Shown: piece by piece, positions 55,585 through 64,000 of the stretch
How positions within the stretch are numbered: the first letter of the stretch is position 1
How the letters are laid out: each line of letters starts with the position of its first letter
Source of the DNA: Rikenella microfusus
GTDB lineage: Bacteria; Bacteroidota; Bacteroidia; Bacteroidales; VadinHA17
DNA length: 64,000 nt
Direction of reading: 5' to 3'
Assembly (NCBI GenBank): GCA_022736275.1
Contig: DZBJ01000003.1
Coordinates: forward strand, 6,727 to 70,726
Made by a program: the position numbers and the translations under genes
Notes under the pieces: model-generated
What the model was told of the DNA's origin: nothing
Databases searched by the model: none
Seen by the model: the letters and a program-made list of their open reading frames with translations, nothing else

Positions 55585-57153
55585 GTGTCAATGAAGTCAT
55601 CTGCACTGAAACATATTCGCACCGTATTTTCTGCTTTTGTACTCCTTCTGTTCGCATTCATATTCATTGATTTCAGAGGCATACCGGGGGAAAACTCCTG
55701 GGGGCCGATACTCTACCTGCAGTTCGCACCCTCACTTCTCAAGTTTATTATTGCAGGGGCTGTAACTGCGACTGGCTTCATTGCAGTGATAGTCCTGACC
55801 CTGCTCACCGGCAGGACTTACTGCAGCTTTCTCTGTCCGCTTGGTATCTTTCAGGATGTCATAAGCCGGGCGGGAGGGCTGATCAAGAGACGCTTCCGCA
55901 GGTACGGGTACAAGAAACCGTGGACTATCCTCCGCTATTTCATCCTTTTTCTGACTGCCGGAATACTTCTTCTCGGCGGGGTTTATGTACTTACCATACT
56001 TGACCCGTACAGCACATTCGGCCGGTTCATGACCTATTTTGCCAAACCTGCTGTTCTCTTTGTCAATAACCTGCTCGCATCTCTCCTGGGGAAATTTGAC
56101 ATTTATACACTTTACAGGGTTGACATTAAACCCAATGAGCTTGTCACTTACATTGTCCCGGTCTTATTCCTGCTGCTCATCGGGTTCCTTGCATTCAGGT
56201 ACGGCAGGCTCTACTGCAACACTGTCTGCCCTGTGGGAACCTTGCTCGGTCTGCTGAGCAAACTCTCTCTCTTCAGGATCAGGTTTGATGAGTCAAAATG
56301 CACACGTTGCGGCAGATGCGCCATGTCATGCAAGTCATCGTGCATTGACTTCCTAAACAAGCATATCGACGTTAGCAGGTGTGTCAACTGTTTCAACTGT
56401 ATTGACTCATGCAAGGAGAACGGTATGTCATACGGCCTTGTGAGGCTCAGGCGTAAAGTCACCAATGAGAGCACCACCGATGCTTCAAGGAGAAATTTCA
56501 TAGCCGGCTCACTGGTACTGCTTGCAGGAGGAACACAGCTTGTACGGTCACAGAACAGCGTGCCGAAGCCGACGAAAGACTCAACCGTGAAGGAAGACAG
56601 GCTATATCCTGTATCACCTCCCGGTTCTATAGGTATTACATCCTTTACATCAAGATGTACGGCCTGCTCACTATGCGTAACAGTATGCCCCACAAGTGTC
56701 ATCCAGCCATCCGTAAATGAGTATGGATTTGCAGGTATCATGCAGCCCAGGATGGATTTCCACCGCGGGTTCTGCATCTATGACTGCAACCGCTGCACTG
56801 ATGTGTGCCCCACAGGCGCCATAATGCCCCTGATGATGGAAGCCAAGCAACTGACACAATTGGGCAAGGCAGTATTTATTAAGGATAACTGCATTGTCAG
56901 TACCGAGAAGACTGCATGCGGCGCCTGTTCGGAGCACTGCCCGACCAAAGCTTGTCATATGGTTCCTTTTGAAGGAAACCTCCTTATCCCTGAGGTGAAA
57001 GATGATATTTGCATCGGATGCGGGGCCTGTGAATATGCCTGCCCCACCAAACCCTACAAGGCGATATTCGTTGACGGTAATCCCATTCATGAGGCAGCAC
57101 TGAAGCCTGAAACGAAGGAGCTTGAAGCCGTTCCGTCTGACTTTCCCTTCTGA
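55585..57153 (+). CDS. Membrane-bound polyferredoxin (NapH/NosR-like: TM helices, two CxxxCP motifs and about six 4Fe-4S ferredoxin motifs)
   Basis: 522 aa. The CxxxCP motifs are CSFLCPLG and CNTVCPVG. The Fe-S motifs are CTRCGRCAMSC, CVNCFNCIDSC, CTACSLCVTVCP, CNRCTDVCP, CGACSEHCP and CIGCGACEYACP. A GTG start abuts the previous stop codon, and an alternative ATG lies at 55591. Confidence 0.8.
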   Translation: MSMKSSALKHIRTVFSAFVLLLFAFIFIDFRGIPGENSWGPILYLQFAPSLLKFIIAGAVTATGFIAVIVLTLLTGRTYCSFLCPLGIFQDVISRAGGLIKRRFRRYGYKKPWTILRYFILFLTAGILLLGGVYVLTILDPYSTFGRFMTYFAKPAVLFVNNLLASLLGKFDIYTLYRVDIKPNELVTYIVPVLFLLLIGFLAFRYGRLYCNTVCPVGTLLGLLSKLSLFRIRFDESKCTRCGRCAMSCKSSCIDFLNKHIDVSRCVNCFNCIDSCKENGMSYGLVRLRRKVTNESTTDASRRNFIAGSLVLLAGGTQLVRSQNSVPKPTKDSTVKEDRLYPVSPPGSIGITSFTSRCTACSLCVTVCPTSVIQPSVNEYGFAGIMQPRMDFHRGFCIYDCNRCTDVCPTGAIMPLMMEAKQLTQLGKAVFIKDNCIVSTEKTACGACSEHCPTKACHMVPFEGNLLIPEVKDDICIGCGACEYACPTKPYKAIFVDGNPIHEAALKPETKELEAVPSDFPF

Positions 57154-57307
57154 CCCCCGCGGAAAATAGGCTTAAATTATCAGTGCCGGTCGGAAATTTA
57201 AACTTCGGGCCAGAAAATTCGAAAACATGATATTTGTCGTGCAAGGCAGAGGTTAATTCCATTAATTTGCGCTATCTTTTTATTGCGAAATTCAAACACG
57301 TAATTTT

Positions 57308-57727
57308 ATGAAACCCACACATATTGAGCATATTGGAATTGCCGTCAACTCAATAGCCGATGCTATTCCGTTCTATGAAAAGGTTCTGGGCCTGGAGTGC
57401 TACAACATCGAAGAGGTTGCTGACCAGAAGGTGAAGACAGCCTTTTTCATGGTCGGGCAGACTAAGATCGAGCTTCTCGAATCAACAGACCCCGAAGGTC
57501 CCATAGGTAAATTCCTGGAAAAGAGGGGAGAAGGAATTCATCACATTGCGTTTGCCGTTGAAAACATCGAAGAGAGGCTCAGGGAGGCCGAAGCTGCCGG
57601 TGTCAGGCTTATTGACGCTGCACCCCGGCGCGGAGCCGAAGGACTGAGCATTGCCTTCCTTCATCCGAAATCTACATTGGGTGTGCTCACGGAGTTTTGT
57701 GAAGACAAGAACAGGGAAAACAAATAA
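57308..57727 (+). CDS. mce: Methylmalonyl-CoA epimerase (VOC/glyoxalase fold)
   Basis: 139 aa with HIEHIGIAV...GIHHIAF...FLHPK. It is the first gene of the mmd cluster. Confidence 0.85.
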   Translation: MKPTHIEHIGIAVNSIADAIPFYEKVLGLECYNIEEVADQKVKTAFFMVGQTKIELLESTDPEGPIGKFLEKRGEGIHHIAFAVENIEERLREAEAAGVRLIDAAPRRGAEGLSIAFLHPKSTLGVLTEFCEDKNRENK

Positions 57728-57740
57728 ATAAAAAGGTTCG

Positions 57741-59300
57741 ATGAACAGTCAGGAAAGAATCAAACAACTCCTTGATTTCAGGGATAAAGCGCGTAAAGGC
57801 GGGGGAGATAAACGCATTGATGACCAGCACTCCAAGGGAAAGCTTACAGCCAGGGAACGAATTACAATGCTCGTTGATGAAGGCAGCTTTGAGGAGTATG
57901 ATATGTTTGTCACGCACCGGACCGAGGACTTCGGCCTGGCAGACAAGAAATATCTCTCTGACGGTGTGATCACCGGTCACGGTACTATTGACGGCAGAGT
58001 GGTTTATGTCTTCGCACAGGACTTCACAGTCTTCGGAGGCTCACTCTCAGAAACATTCGCCCAGAAGATATGCAAGATCATGGATCAGGCCATGCAGGTG
58101 GGTGCACCCGTCATCGGCATCAATGACTCGGGAGGCGCACGCATACAGGAGGGAGTAAGAAGTCTGGCCGGCTATGCCGAGATTTTTGAAAGGAATATAC
58201 AGGCCTCGGGCGTGATACCCCAGATATCAGCCATCTTTGGCCCATGTGCCGGTGGAGCCGTATATTCGCCTGCTCTGACTGACTTCATTGTTATGAGCCG
58301 CAAGAGCAGCTACATGTTCGTCACCGGGCCCAAGGTAGCCAAGGCTGTCACCGGTGAGGATATCTCCATCGATAACCTTGGGGGAGCAGGTGTTCACTCA
58401 ACCAAATCAGGTGTGGCTCATTTCACGGTGGAAGAGGAGAAGGAGGGTCTTGACCTGATCAGAAAACTGCTAAGCTATATGCCGCAGAATAACCTTGAGG
58501 AACCACCGCAGACAGAGTGTGATGACCCGATTGACAGGCTGGAGGATGAGCTGAATGATATCATCCCCGACAGCCCTAACCAGCCTTATGACGTTAAAGA
58601 CATTATCACAAGGGTGGTTGACTACCATGATTTTACGGAAGTTCATCAGGCCTATGCAAAAAACATAGTGGTCGGTTTTGCAAAGTTTGACGGAATGCCC
58701 GTCGGTATTGTTGCAAACCAGCCCTCTTACCTTGCCGGAGTCCTTGACATTGAGGCATCACGCAAGGCTGCACGCTTCATCCGTTTCTGCGATGCCTTCA
58801 ACATCCCGATAGTTACATTTGTTGACGTGCCCGGTTTCCTTCCCGGCTCAACACAGGAGTATGGCGGTATCATTATCCACGGCGCCAAACTGATGTATGC
58901 CTATGGCGAAGCCAGCGTGCCGAAGGTCACTGTGACACTCCGCAAATCTTACGGCGGAGCACATTGCGTCATGTCATCCAAACAGCTCCGCGGCGACCTC
59001 AACTATGCATGGCCTACTGCCGAGATAGCGGTAATGGGACCGCAGGGCGCAATAGAGATCCTCGATGGCAGGGAGATCAGCGAGATCAAGGACCCGGTTG
59101 AGCGCAAGGAGTTCGTCGCAAGGAAGGAAGAAGAATATCGCTCCAAGTTCGCCAACCCCTATGAGGCAGCCAGATATGGCTACCTTGACGATGTGATTGA
59201 ACCACGCAACACAAGGTTCAGGGTGATACGGGCTCTCAGGACCCTCTCCACAAAGAAGGACCCGGGACCAATGAAAAAACACGGTAACATACCGCTTTAA
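57741..59300 (+). CDS. mmdA: Methylmalonyl-CoA decarboxylase alpha subunit (acyl-CoA carboxyltransferase)
   Basis: 519 aa. It shows the propionyl-CoA carboxylase beta-like pattern (LTARERI..., [37 protein letters not shown]). Confidence 0.9.
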   Translation: MNSQERIKQLLDFRDKARKGGGDKRIDDQHSKGKLTARERITMLVDEGSFEEYDMFVTHRTEDFGLADKKYLSDGVITGHGTIDGRVVYVFAQDFTVFGGSLSETFAQKICKIMDQAMQVGAPVIGINDSGGARIQEGVRSLAGYAEIFERNIQASGVIPQISAIFGPCAGGAVYSPALTDFIVMSRKSSYMFVTGPKVAKAVTGEDISIDNLGGAGVHSTKSGVAHFTVEEEKEGLDLIRKLLSYMPQNNLEEPPQTECDDPIDRLEDELNDIIPDSPNQPYDVKDIITRVVDYHDFTEVHQAYAKNIVVGFAKFDGMPVGIVANQPSYLAGVLDIEASRKAARFIRFCDAFNIPIVTFVDVPGFLPGSTQEYGGIIIHGAKLMYAYGEASVPKVTVTLRKSYGGAHCVMSSKQLRGDLNYAWPTAEIAVMGPQGAIEILDGREISEIKDPVERKEFVARKEEEYRSKFANPYEAARYGYLDDVIEPRNTRFRVIRALRTLSTKKDPGPMKKHGNIPL

Positions 59301-59309
59301 TCCGGAAAT

Positions 59310-59675
59310 ATGGCACAACAGTTACTACTATCAGCAGCAGCAGCGCCTGACCCTATTACCTGGTCCATTGTGGTGGTCGGGATAGGTGTTGTCTTCATCT
59401 CCCTTCTGATCGTCTACCTTTTCTTCAGGTACCTTCTCACCTTCATCCTTAACTTCAGGCTTCGCAGCTTTGCCCGCAAAAAAGGGATTGATCCCGCAGC
59501 GATTCAGACAGTCAAAACAATTCAGTCAGGTGAGGTCAATGCTGCCATCGCCATGGCTCTGTATTCATACTTCAATGAGCTGCATGATGTGGAGAGCGGA
59601 GTTATTACCATCAAGCGGGTCTCCAGAAACTACTCTCCCTGGAGTTCCAAGCTGTATAACATGAATAATCTATAA
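59310..59675 (+). CDS. OadG-family small membrane subunit of the Na+-translocating decarboxylase
   Basis: 121 aa with a single N-terminal TM helix, positioned between the alpha and biotin-carrier subunits. Confidence 0.65.
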   Translation: MAQQLLLSAAAAPDPITWSIVVVGIGVVFISLLIVYLFFRYLLTFILNFRLRSFARKKGIDPAAIQTVKTIQSGEVNAAIAMALYSYFNELHDVESGVITIKRVSRNYSPWSSKLYNMNNL

Positions 59676-59698
59676 GACCAGAATAAGACGATTGCAAG

Positions 59699-60133
59699 AT
59701 GAAAAGCTACAAGTTCAGGATAAACGGAAACCAGTACGAGGTTGATGTACTGGATGTTGACGGAAACATGGCGAAGATTGAGGTGAACGGCACGGTATAC
59801 GATGTGGAGATGCAGCGCGAGATCCCGAAGATCAAGGCTGTCATGCCGCCGCCTGCCCAGGTGAAGTTGGTGAAGGAGGCAAAACCTGCCGCCACCGTCA
59901 GTTCAGGGTCGGGTAAGGCTGCCGAGGTGAGGGCACCGCTTCCGGGAGTGATCCTGCAGGTGCTTGTGAGACCAGGTGATGATGTGAACGCCGGACAGAC
60001 CCTGTGCACACTTGAAACAATGAAGATGGAAAATGCCATCAAGGCAGATGGCGGCGGAAAGGTTACCGTTGTCAACATCACACCCGGACAGTCGGTTCTG
60101 CAGGATGAGGTACTAATCGTAATCAACCAGTGA
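59699..60133 (+). CDS. mmdC: Biotin carboxyl carrier subunit of the decarboxylase
   Basis: 144 aa. The C-terminal biotinyl domain contains LETMKMEN (an E-x-M-K-M biotinylation motif). Confidence 0.85.
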   Translation: MKSYKFRINGNQYEVDVLDVDGNMAKIEVNGTVYDVEMQREIPKIKAVMPPPAQVKLVKEAKPAATVSSGSGKAAEVRAPLPGVILQVLVRPGDDVNAGQTLCTLETMKMENAIKADGGGKVTVVNITPGQSVLQDEVLIVINQ

Positions 60134-61482
60134 TGGCAAACAGAAAAACATGGACCATGCTTGCCCTCCTGGTGATCGTCTCACTGGCATGGCTGGCATT
60201 CGTTAAACCTGAACAGGAGAAACAGCAGACCCTGGCTGACAGCGGTGTCGTTGCAGACACCTATGTCGCGTACAGTCAGGCACAAGTTGAGGCAGAGCCT
60301 AAGTTCATCGATGGCCTCAGACAATTCTGGGCTTATACCGGCTTCCGAAACGCCACCCGCGGACACCTTATAATGATGGTGATCGGTCTGGTATTCATCT
60401 ACCTGGCAATCAGGTATGAGTATGAACCTTTGCTGCTTGTGCCAATAGGCACGGGCATCCTGATCGGGAACATTCCCTTCTTTACTGACGGAGGCATGAA
60501 CCTGCAGGTTGGCATCTACCAGCAGGGGAGTGTACTTAACTACCTCTATTTCGGAGTGCTCAAAGGGATCTACCCGCCTCTCATTTTCCTGGGCATTGGC
60601 GCTATGACCGATTTCTCTTCGCTGATATCCAATCCAAGGCTGCTGATGCTTGGAGCAGCAGCACAGATGGGGATATTTGTTACGTTTATCGCTGCTCTGT
60701 TTGTAGGATTCAGGATGCCTGAGGCCGCTGCAATCGCTATTATCGGCGGTGCTGACGGCCCAACTGCCATATTCCTCTCTTCGCGGCTTGCCAACGGTTC
60801 AATTCTCGCGGACGGTACCGCTGTGAAGAATCTCATAGGCCCCATCGCCATCGCAGCATACTCATATATGGCCCTGGTGCCGGTGATACAACCTCCTATA
60901 ATGAGGCTGATGACATCTAAAAAGGAGAGGCTCATCCGCATGAAACCCCCCCGGGCTGTTACTAAGACGGAGAAGATCCTCTTCCCGATATTCGGACTGC
61001 TTCTGACATGCTTCATCTCCCCGAGTGCCCTGCCACTTCTTGGGATGCTCTTCTTCGGGAATATCCTTAAGGAATCAGGTGTTACAAAGCGCCTGGCTGA
61101 AACTGCACGCACTTCACTTATAGATATAGTGACCATAATGATCGGTCTCACCGTGGGTGCTTCAACACAGGCCGATGTCTTCCTGACAAAGGAGTCGGTG
61201 CTCATATTCGGCCTTGGAGCAGCTGCATTTGGTTTTGCCACCTTTGGAGGCGTTCTCTTCGCCAAGGTAATGAACCTCTTCCTCCCCGAAGGTGACAAGA
61301 TCAACCCGCTCATCGGAAATGCAGGGGTATCGGCAGTACCTGACAGCGCACGCGTCTCCGAAATGGAAGGACTCAAGGCTGATCAAACCAATCACCTTCT
61401 CATGCATGCCATGGGACCTAACGTTGCGGGTGTGATTGGATCGGCCATAGCCGCCGGGATACTTCTCAGTTATCTTGGATAA
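60130..61482 (+). CDS. mmdB: Na+-translocating decarboxylase beta subunit (OadB/MmdB family)
   Basis: 450 aa polytopic protein with ..IIGGADGPTAIF.. and ..GNAGVSAVP... It overlaps the carrier-subunit gene by 4 nt. Confidence 0.9.
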   Translation: MMANRKTWTMLALLVIVSLAWLAFVKPEQEKQQTLADSGVVADTYVAYSQAQVEAEPKFIDGLRQFWAYTGFRNATRGHLIMMVIGLVFIYLAIRYEYEPLLLVPIGTGILIGNIPFFTDGGMNLQVGIYQQGSVLNYLYFGVLKGIYPPLIFLGIGAMTDFSSLISNPRLLMLGAAAQMGIFVTFIAALFVGFRMPEAAAIAIIGGADGPTAIFLSSRLANGSILADGTAVKNLIGPIAIAAYSYMALVPVIQPPIMRLMTSKKERLIRMKPPRAVTKTEKILFPIFGLLLTCFISPSALPLLGMLFFGNILKESGVTKRLAETARTSLIDIVTIMIGLTVGASTQADVFLTKESVLIFGLGAAAFGFATFGGVLFAKVMNLFLPEGDKINPLIGNAGVSAVPDSARVSEMEGLKADQTNHLLMHAMGPNVAGVIGSAIAAGILLSYLG

Positions 61483-61520
61483 TTACTTATGTTTGTAATG
61501 AAATCACCATCAGAGGAGTT

Positions 61521-62735
61521 ATGAAACAGGCTACAACCGGAAATGCAGGACCAAAAGTAAGGTCTGACATTGAAATTACTCTAATAATCACAGACAATGG
61601 AGGAGTCGATCTTGAAATTAAATCCAAGGTCAAAAGCATGTATGGCACTGCTATTGAAAAACAGTGCCGCGAGCTGCTCCACCACTTCGGAGTCAAAAAC
61701 GCAAGGCTGATCCTGAATGATTCCGGAGCTCTTCCCTTTGTCATTGCGGCGCGCGTAGAGGCTGCAGTGAGAGCCCTGACAGCCACTGAGGTCTCATTCA
61801 TGCCGGAAATGATTGCTGAGAACCGTTACCTCTCCTCACGTGAAAGATTCAGGTTCTCAAGGCTATACCTCCCCGGAAACAGTCCAGGTATGTTCCTCAA
61901 TGCAGGACTTCATTCGCCTGACGGAATAATTCTCGATCTTGAGGATTCCGTAGCCCCTGACAGGAAGGATGAGGCAAGGATACTGGTAAGGAATGCACTC
62001 CGTGCGGTCAACTTCTACGGTGCCGAGCGTATGGTTAGGATAAACCAGGGAGAGCGGGGACTGGAAGATCTTGAGTATGTGATCCCTCATAACGTCCACC
62101 TGGTCCTTATTCCCAAATGCGAAAACGCACAGACGGTCATCAGGGTTGATGAAAAGATCAGGGCGATTAAGAAAGCGGCGGGTCAGACGGAAGAGGTGTT
62201 CCTGATGCCCATAATTGAGAGTGCCGCAGGAGTAGAGAAAGCGTATGAAACAGCCACTGCCTCATCCTCCGTTGTTGCTATGGCCATAGGCCTCGAGGAT
62301 TATACAGCTGACCTCGGTGTGCAGCGGACAAAGGAGGGCAGTGAATCGCTCTATGCAAGGAGCCGTATTGTGGTGGCTGCTAAAGCAGCAGGCATCCAAC
62401 CCATTGACTCAGTCTTCTCGGATGTGGGCGACATGGAGGGACTGCTTGCAAATGTCATCTCTTCCAAAGCCATGGGCTTTGAAGGAATGGGATGCATACA
62501 CCCGCGGCAGATTGCCGTGATAAGGCATGGATTCTCACCGTCAGATGATGAGACGGAGAGAGCCAAAAAGATCGTTCTGGCCTATCGCGATGCCCTGGCC
62601 AGGGGCCTGGGAGTGGTAGCCCTCGGTTCAAAGATGATCGATCCGCCGGTGGTGGCACGCGCAGAGAAAACAATAATGCTGGCCGTACGGCTTGGATTAC
62701 TGCCTGAAGACTGGGCGGAAGCAGAGGCTAAGTAA
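61521..62735 (+). CDS. citDE: Fusion of citrate lyase acyl carrier protein (CitD, gamma) with the citryl-CoA lyase beta subunit (CitE)
   Basis: 404 aa. Residues 1 to about 95 look like CitD (AGPKVRSDIEITL...NDSGALPFVIAARVEAA). The remainder looks like CitE/HpcH-type (LYLPGNSPGM...IILDLEDSVAPDRKDEAR...MGFEGMGCIHPRQI). Confidence 0.8.
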   Translation: MKQATTGNAGPKVRSDIEITLIITDNGGVDLEIKSKVKSMYGTAIEKQCRELLHHFGVKNARLILNDSGALPFVIAARVEAAVRALTATEVSFMPEMIAENRYLSSRERFRFSRLYLPGNSPGMFLNAGLHSPDGIILDLEDSVAPDRKDEARILVRNALRAVNFYGAERMVRINQGERGLEDLEYVIPHNVHLVLIPKCENAQTVIRVDEKIRAIKKAAGQTEEVFLMPIIESAAGVEKAYETATASSSVVAMAIGLEDYTADLGVQRTKEGSESLYARSRIVVAAKAAGIQPIDSVFSDVGDMEGLLANVISSKAMGFEGMGCIHPRQIAVIRHGFSPSDDETERAKKIVLAYRDALARGLGVVALGSKMIDPPVVARAEKTIMLAVRLGLLPEDWAEAEAK

Positions 62736-62756
62736 TAACACTAACGCAGATCCTGT

Positions 62757-64000
62757 CATGAAGATGGTTAACAATGCTGCCGGCCGCATGGTGCCGGATG
62801 AGATAAACGGTATGGAGGCCGTCCCCTTCAAGGGTATCGGCAAACACCGCCCGGCGGGAAGAAAACATGCACCTCCCATACCCACATGCATCGATTACCC
62901 GGAGGATAACAACAAGGTGATCTCCTCGCTCGCTGAGGCCCTTGAGCGTTGTGGACTGAAGGATGGCATGACCATTTCAACACACCATCACCTGCGCGAC
63001 GGAGACCTGGTCAGCAACCAGATCTTCCGGATCGCCTCCGAAAAGGGAATAAGAGATCTTGTCTGGCTGCCATCAGCCTCTTTTCCCTGCAATGACCCTG
63101 TGATAGAATACCTTGAGAACGGAACCATCAATCGCATTGAGGGAAGCATGAACGGTCCTCTCGGCATGTTCGTCTCTGAAGGGAAGATGAAGGGAATGGC
63201 TGTGCTCAGGTCTCACGGTGGCAGAGTGCAGGCCATCCAGGACGGAGAGGTGAAGATCGATATAGCCGTGCTGGCAGCACCGGCTGCGGATGCCTTCGGC
63301 AACGCAAAAGGTACCGGAGGTCCATCGGCTACAGGCGTGCTTGGCTATGCAAAGCCCGACTACCTCTACGCCGACAAGGTAATAGTTGTGACGGATAACC
63401 TGATAGACTTGCCATGTTTCCCGATGGAGATAGAGGGCAATTACGTGGATTTCGTTGTTGTAGTTGACAAAATTGGCATACCTGAGAAGATAGTATCAGG
63501 CACAACACAGATCACAAAGAGTCCTGACAGGCTTCTGATAGCAGAGCTGACGGCCTTGTTCCTTGAAAGGTCAGGGTTACTCCGTAACGGGGCCACGATG
63601 CAGGCAGGAGCGGGAGGCACCAGCCTTGCCATTGCTGTCTTCGTGCATGAGATGCTCAGGAAGAAGGGATGGAAACTAAGTTTCGGTTTCGGGGGCAGTA
63701 CAAAGTATATGGTAAAGATGCTGGAAGAGGGTCACATGGGAGCCATCCTTGATGCCCAGGCTTTTGATCTTGATGCCGTTAAGTCTGTTGAACAGAACCT
63801 GAACCATATCCCTTATCCGGTATTCAATGCATACAACTATCACTCGAAGGGCAACCTGACAACGATGATGGATATAATGATCCTGGGAGCAACCGAGATT
63901 GATACCACCTTCAACGGTAACGTGGTGACACACTCTGATGGTCTCCTTCTGCACGGTATAGGAGGGTGGCAGAATTGCCTCCATGCCCGTAATGTGATCA
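62757..64000 (+). CDS. citF: Citrate lyase alpha subunit (citrate CoA-transferase CitF), 3' end beyond the window
   Basis: This gene is absent from the ORF track because no stop codon occurs before the window end. My translation from the ATG at 62757 reads MKMVNNAAGRMVPDEINGMEAVPFKG...ISTHHHLRDGDLVSNQIF...RSHGGRVQAIQDGEVKIDIAVLAAPAADAFGNA...MQAGAGGTSLA. This is consistent with CitF. Confidence 0.85.

Noticed and set aside
60570-61376. A 268-aa minus-strand ORF antisense to mmdB.
   Set aside because: The plus-strand frame encodes a clear OadB/MmdB-family membrane protein within an operon. The antisense product has no features.

Overview
This window reads as a Bacteroidota chromosomal segment. 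Evidence: a SusC/SusD pair, T9SS C-terminal sorting domains, TAnnTTTG-like -7 boxes, and a Na+-pumping methylmalonyl-CoA decarboxylase operon. I call about 55 protein genes and found no rRNA, tRNA, CRISPR array or obvious mobile element. Most of the window is housekeeping or central metabolism: htpG, pckA, ppdK, pyk, aroQ/aroB/aroC, proS, tilS, nth, xerD, plsY, rubrerythrin, two aminotransferases, and mce-mmdADCB. Five regions deserve a second look. (1) 3.4-12.3 kb holds an eight-gene co-directional operon. It joins the PgsB/PgsC poly-gamma-glutamate synthetase to GGT, an AstE/AspA-type zinc amidohydrolase, unknown small proteins and a DctM-like permease. A structured leader and a divergent N-formylglutamate-amidohydrolase-like gene sit beside it. 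(2) 47.2-51.7 kb encodes two paralogous secreted proteins followed by a FadL/PorV-like beta-barrel. Each protein has a Tyr/Trp/Gly-rich core and a long Ser/Gln/Thr/Gly disordered tail. (3) 51.7-57.2 kb has a larC-larB-wbqC operon with no larA or larE in the window. It is divergent from a Tat-exported DUF362 protein and a NapH-like membrane polyferredoxin. (4) 61.5-64.0 kb has a CitD-CitE fusion plus CitF directly downstream of the mmd operon. (5) Heptanucleotide tandem-repeat arrays lie in two intergenic regions that share an identical 21-mer. All functional calls come from reading the supplied translations and recalling family motifs. No database search was run.
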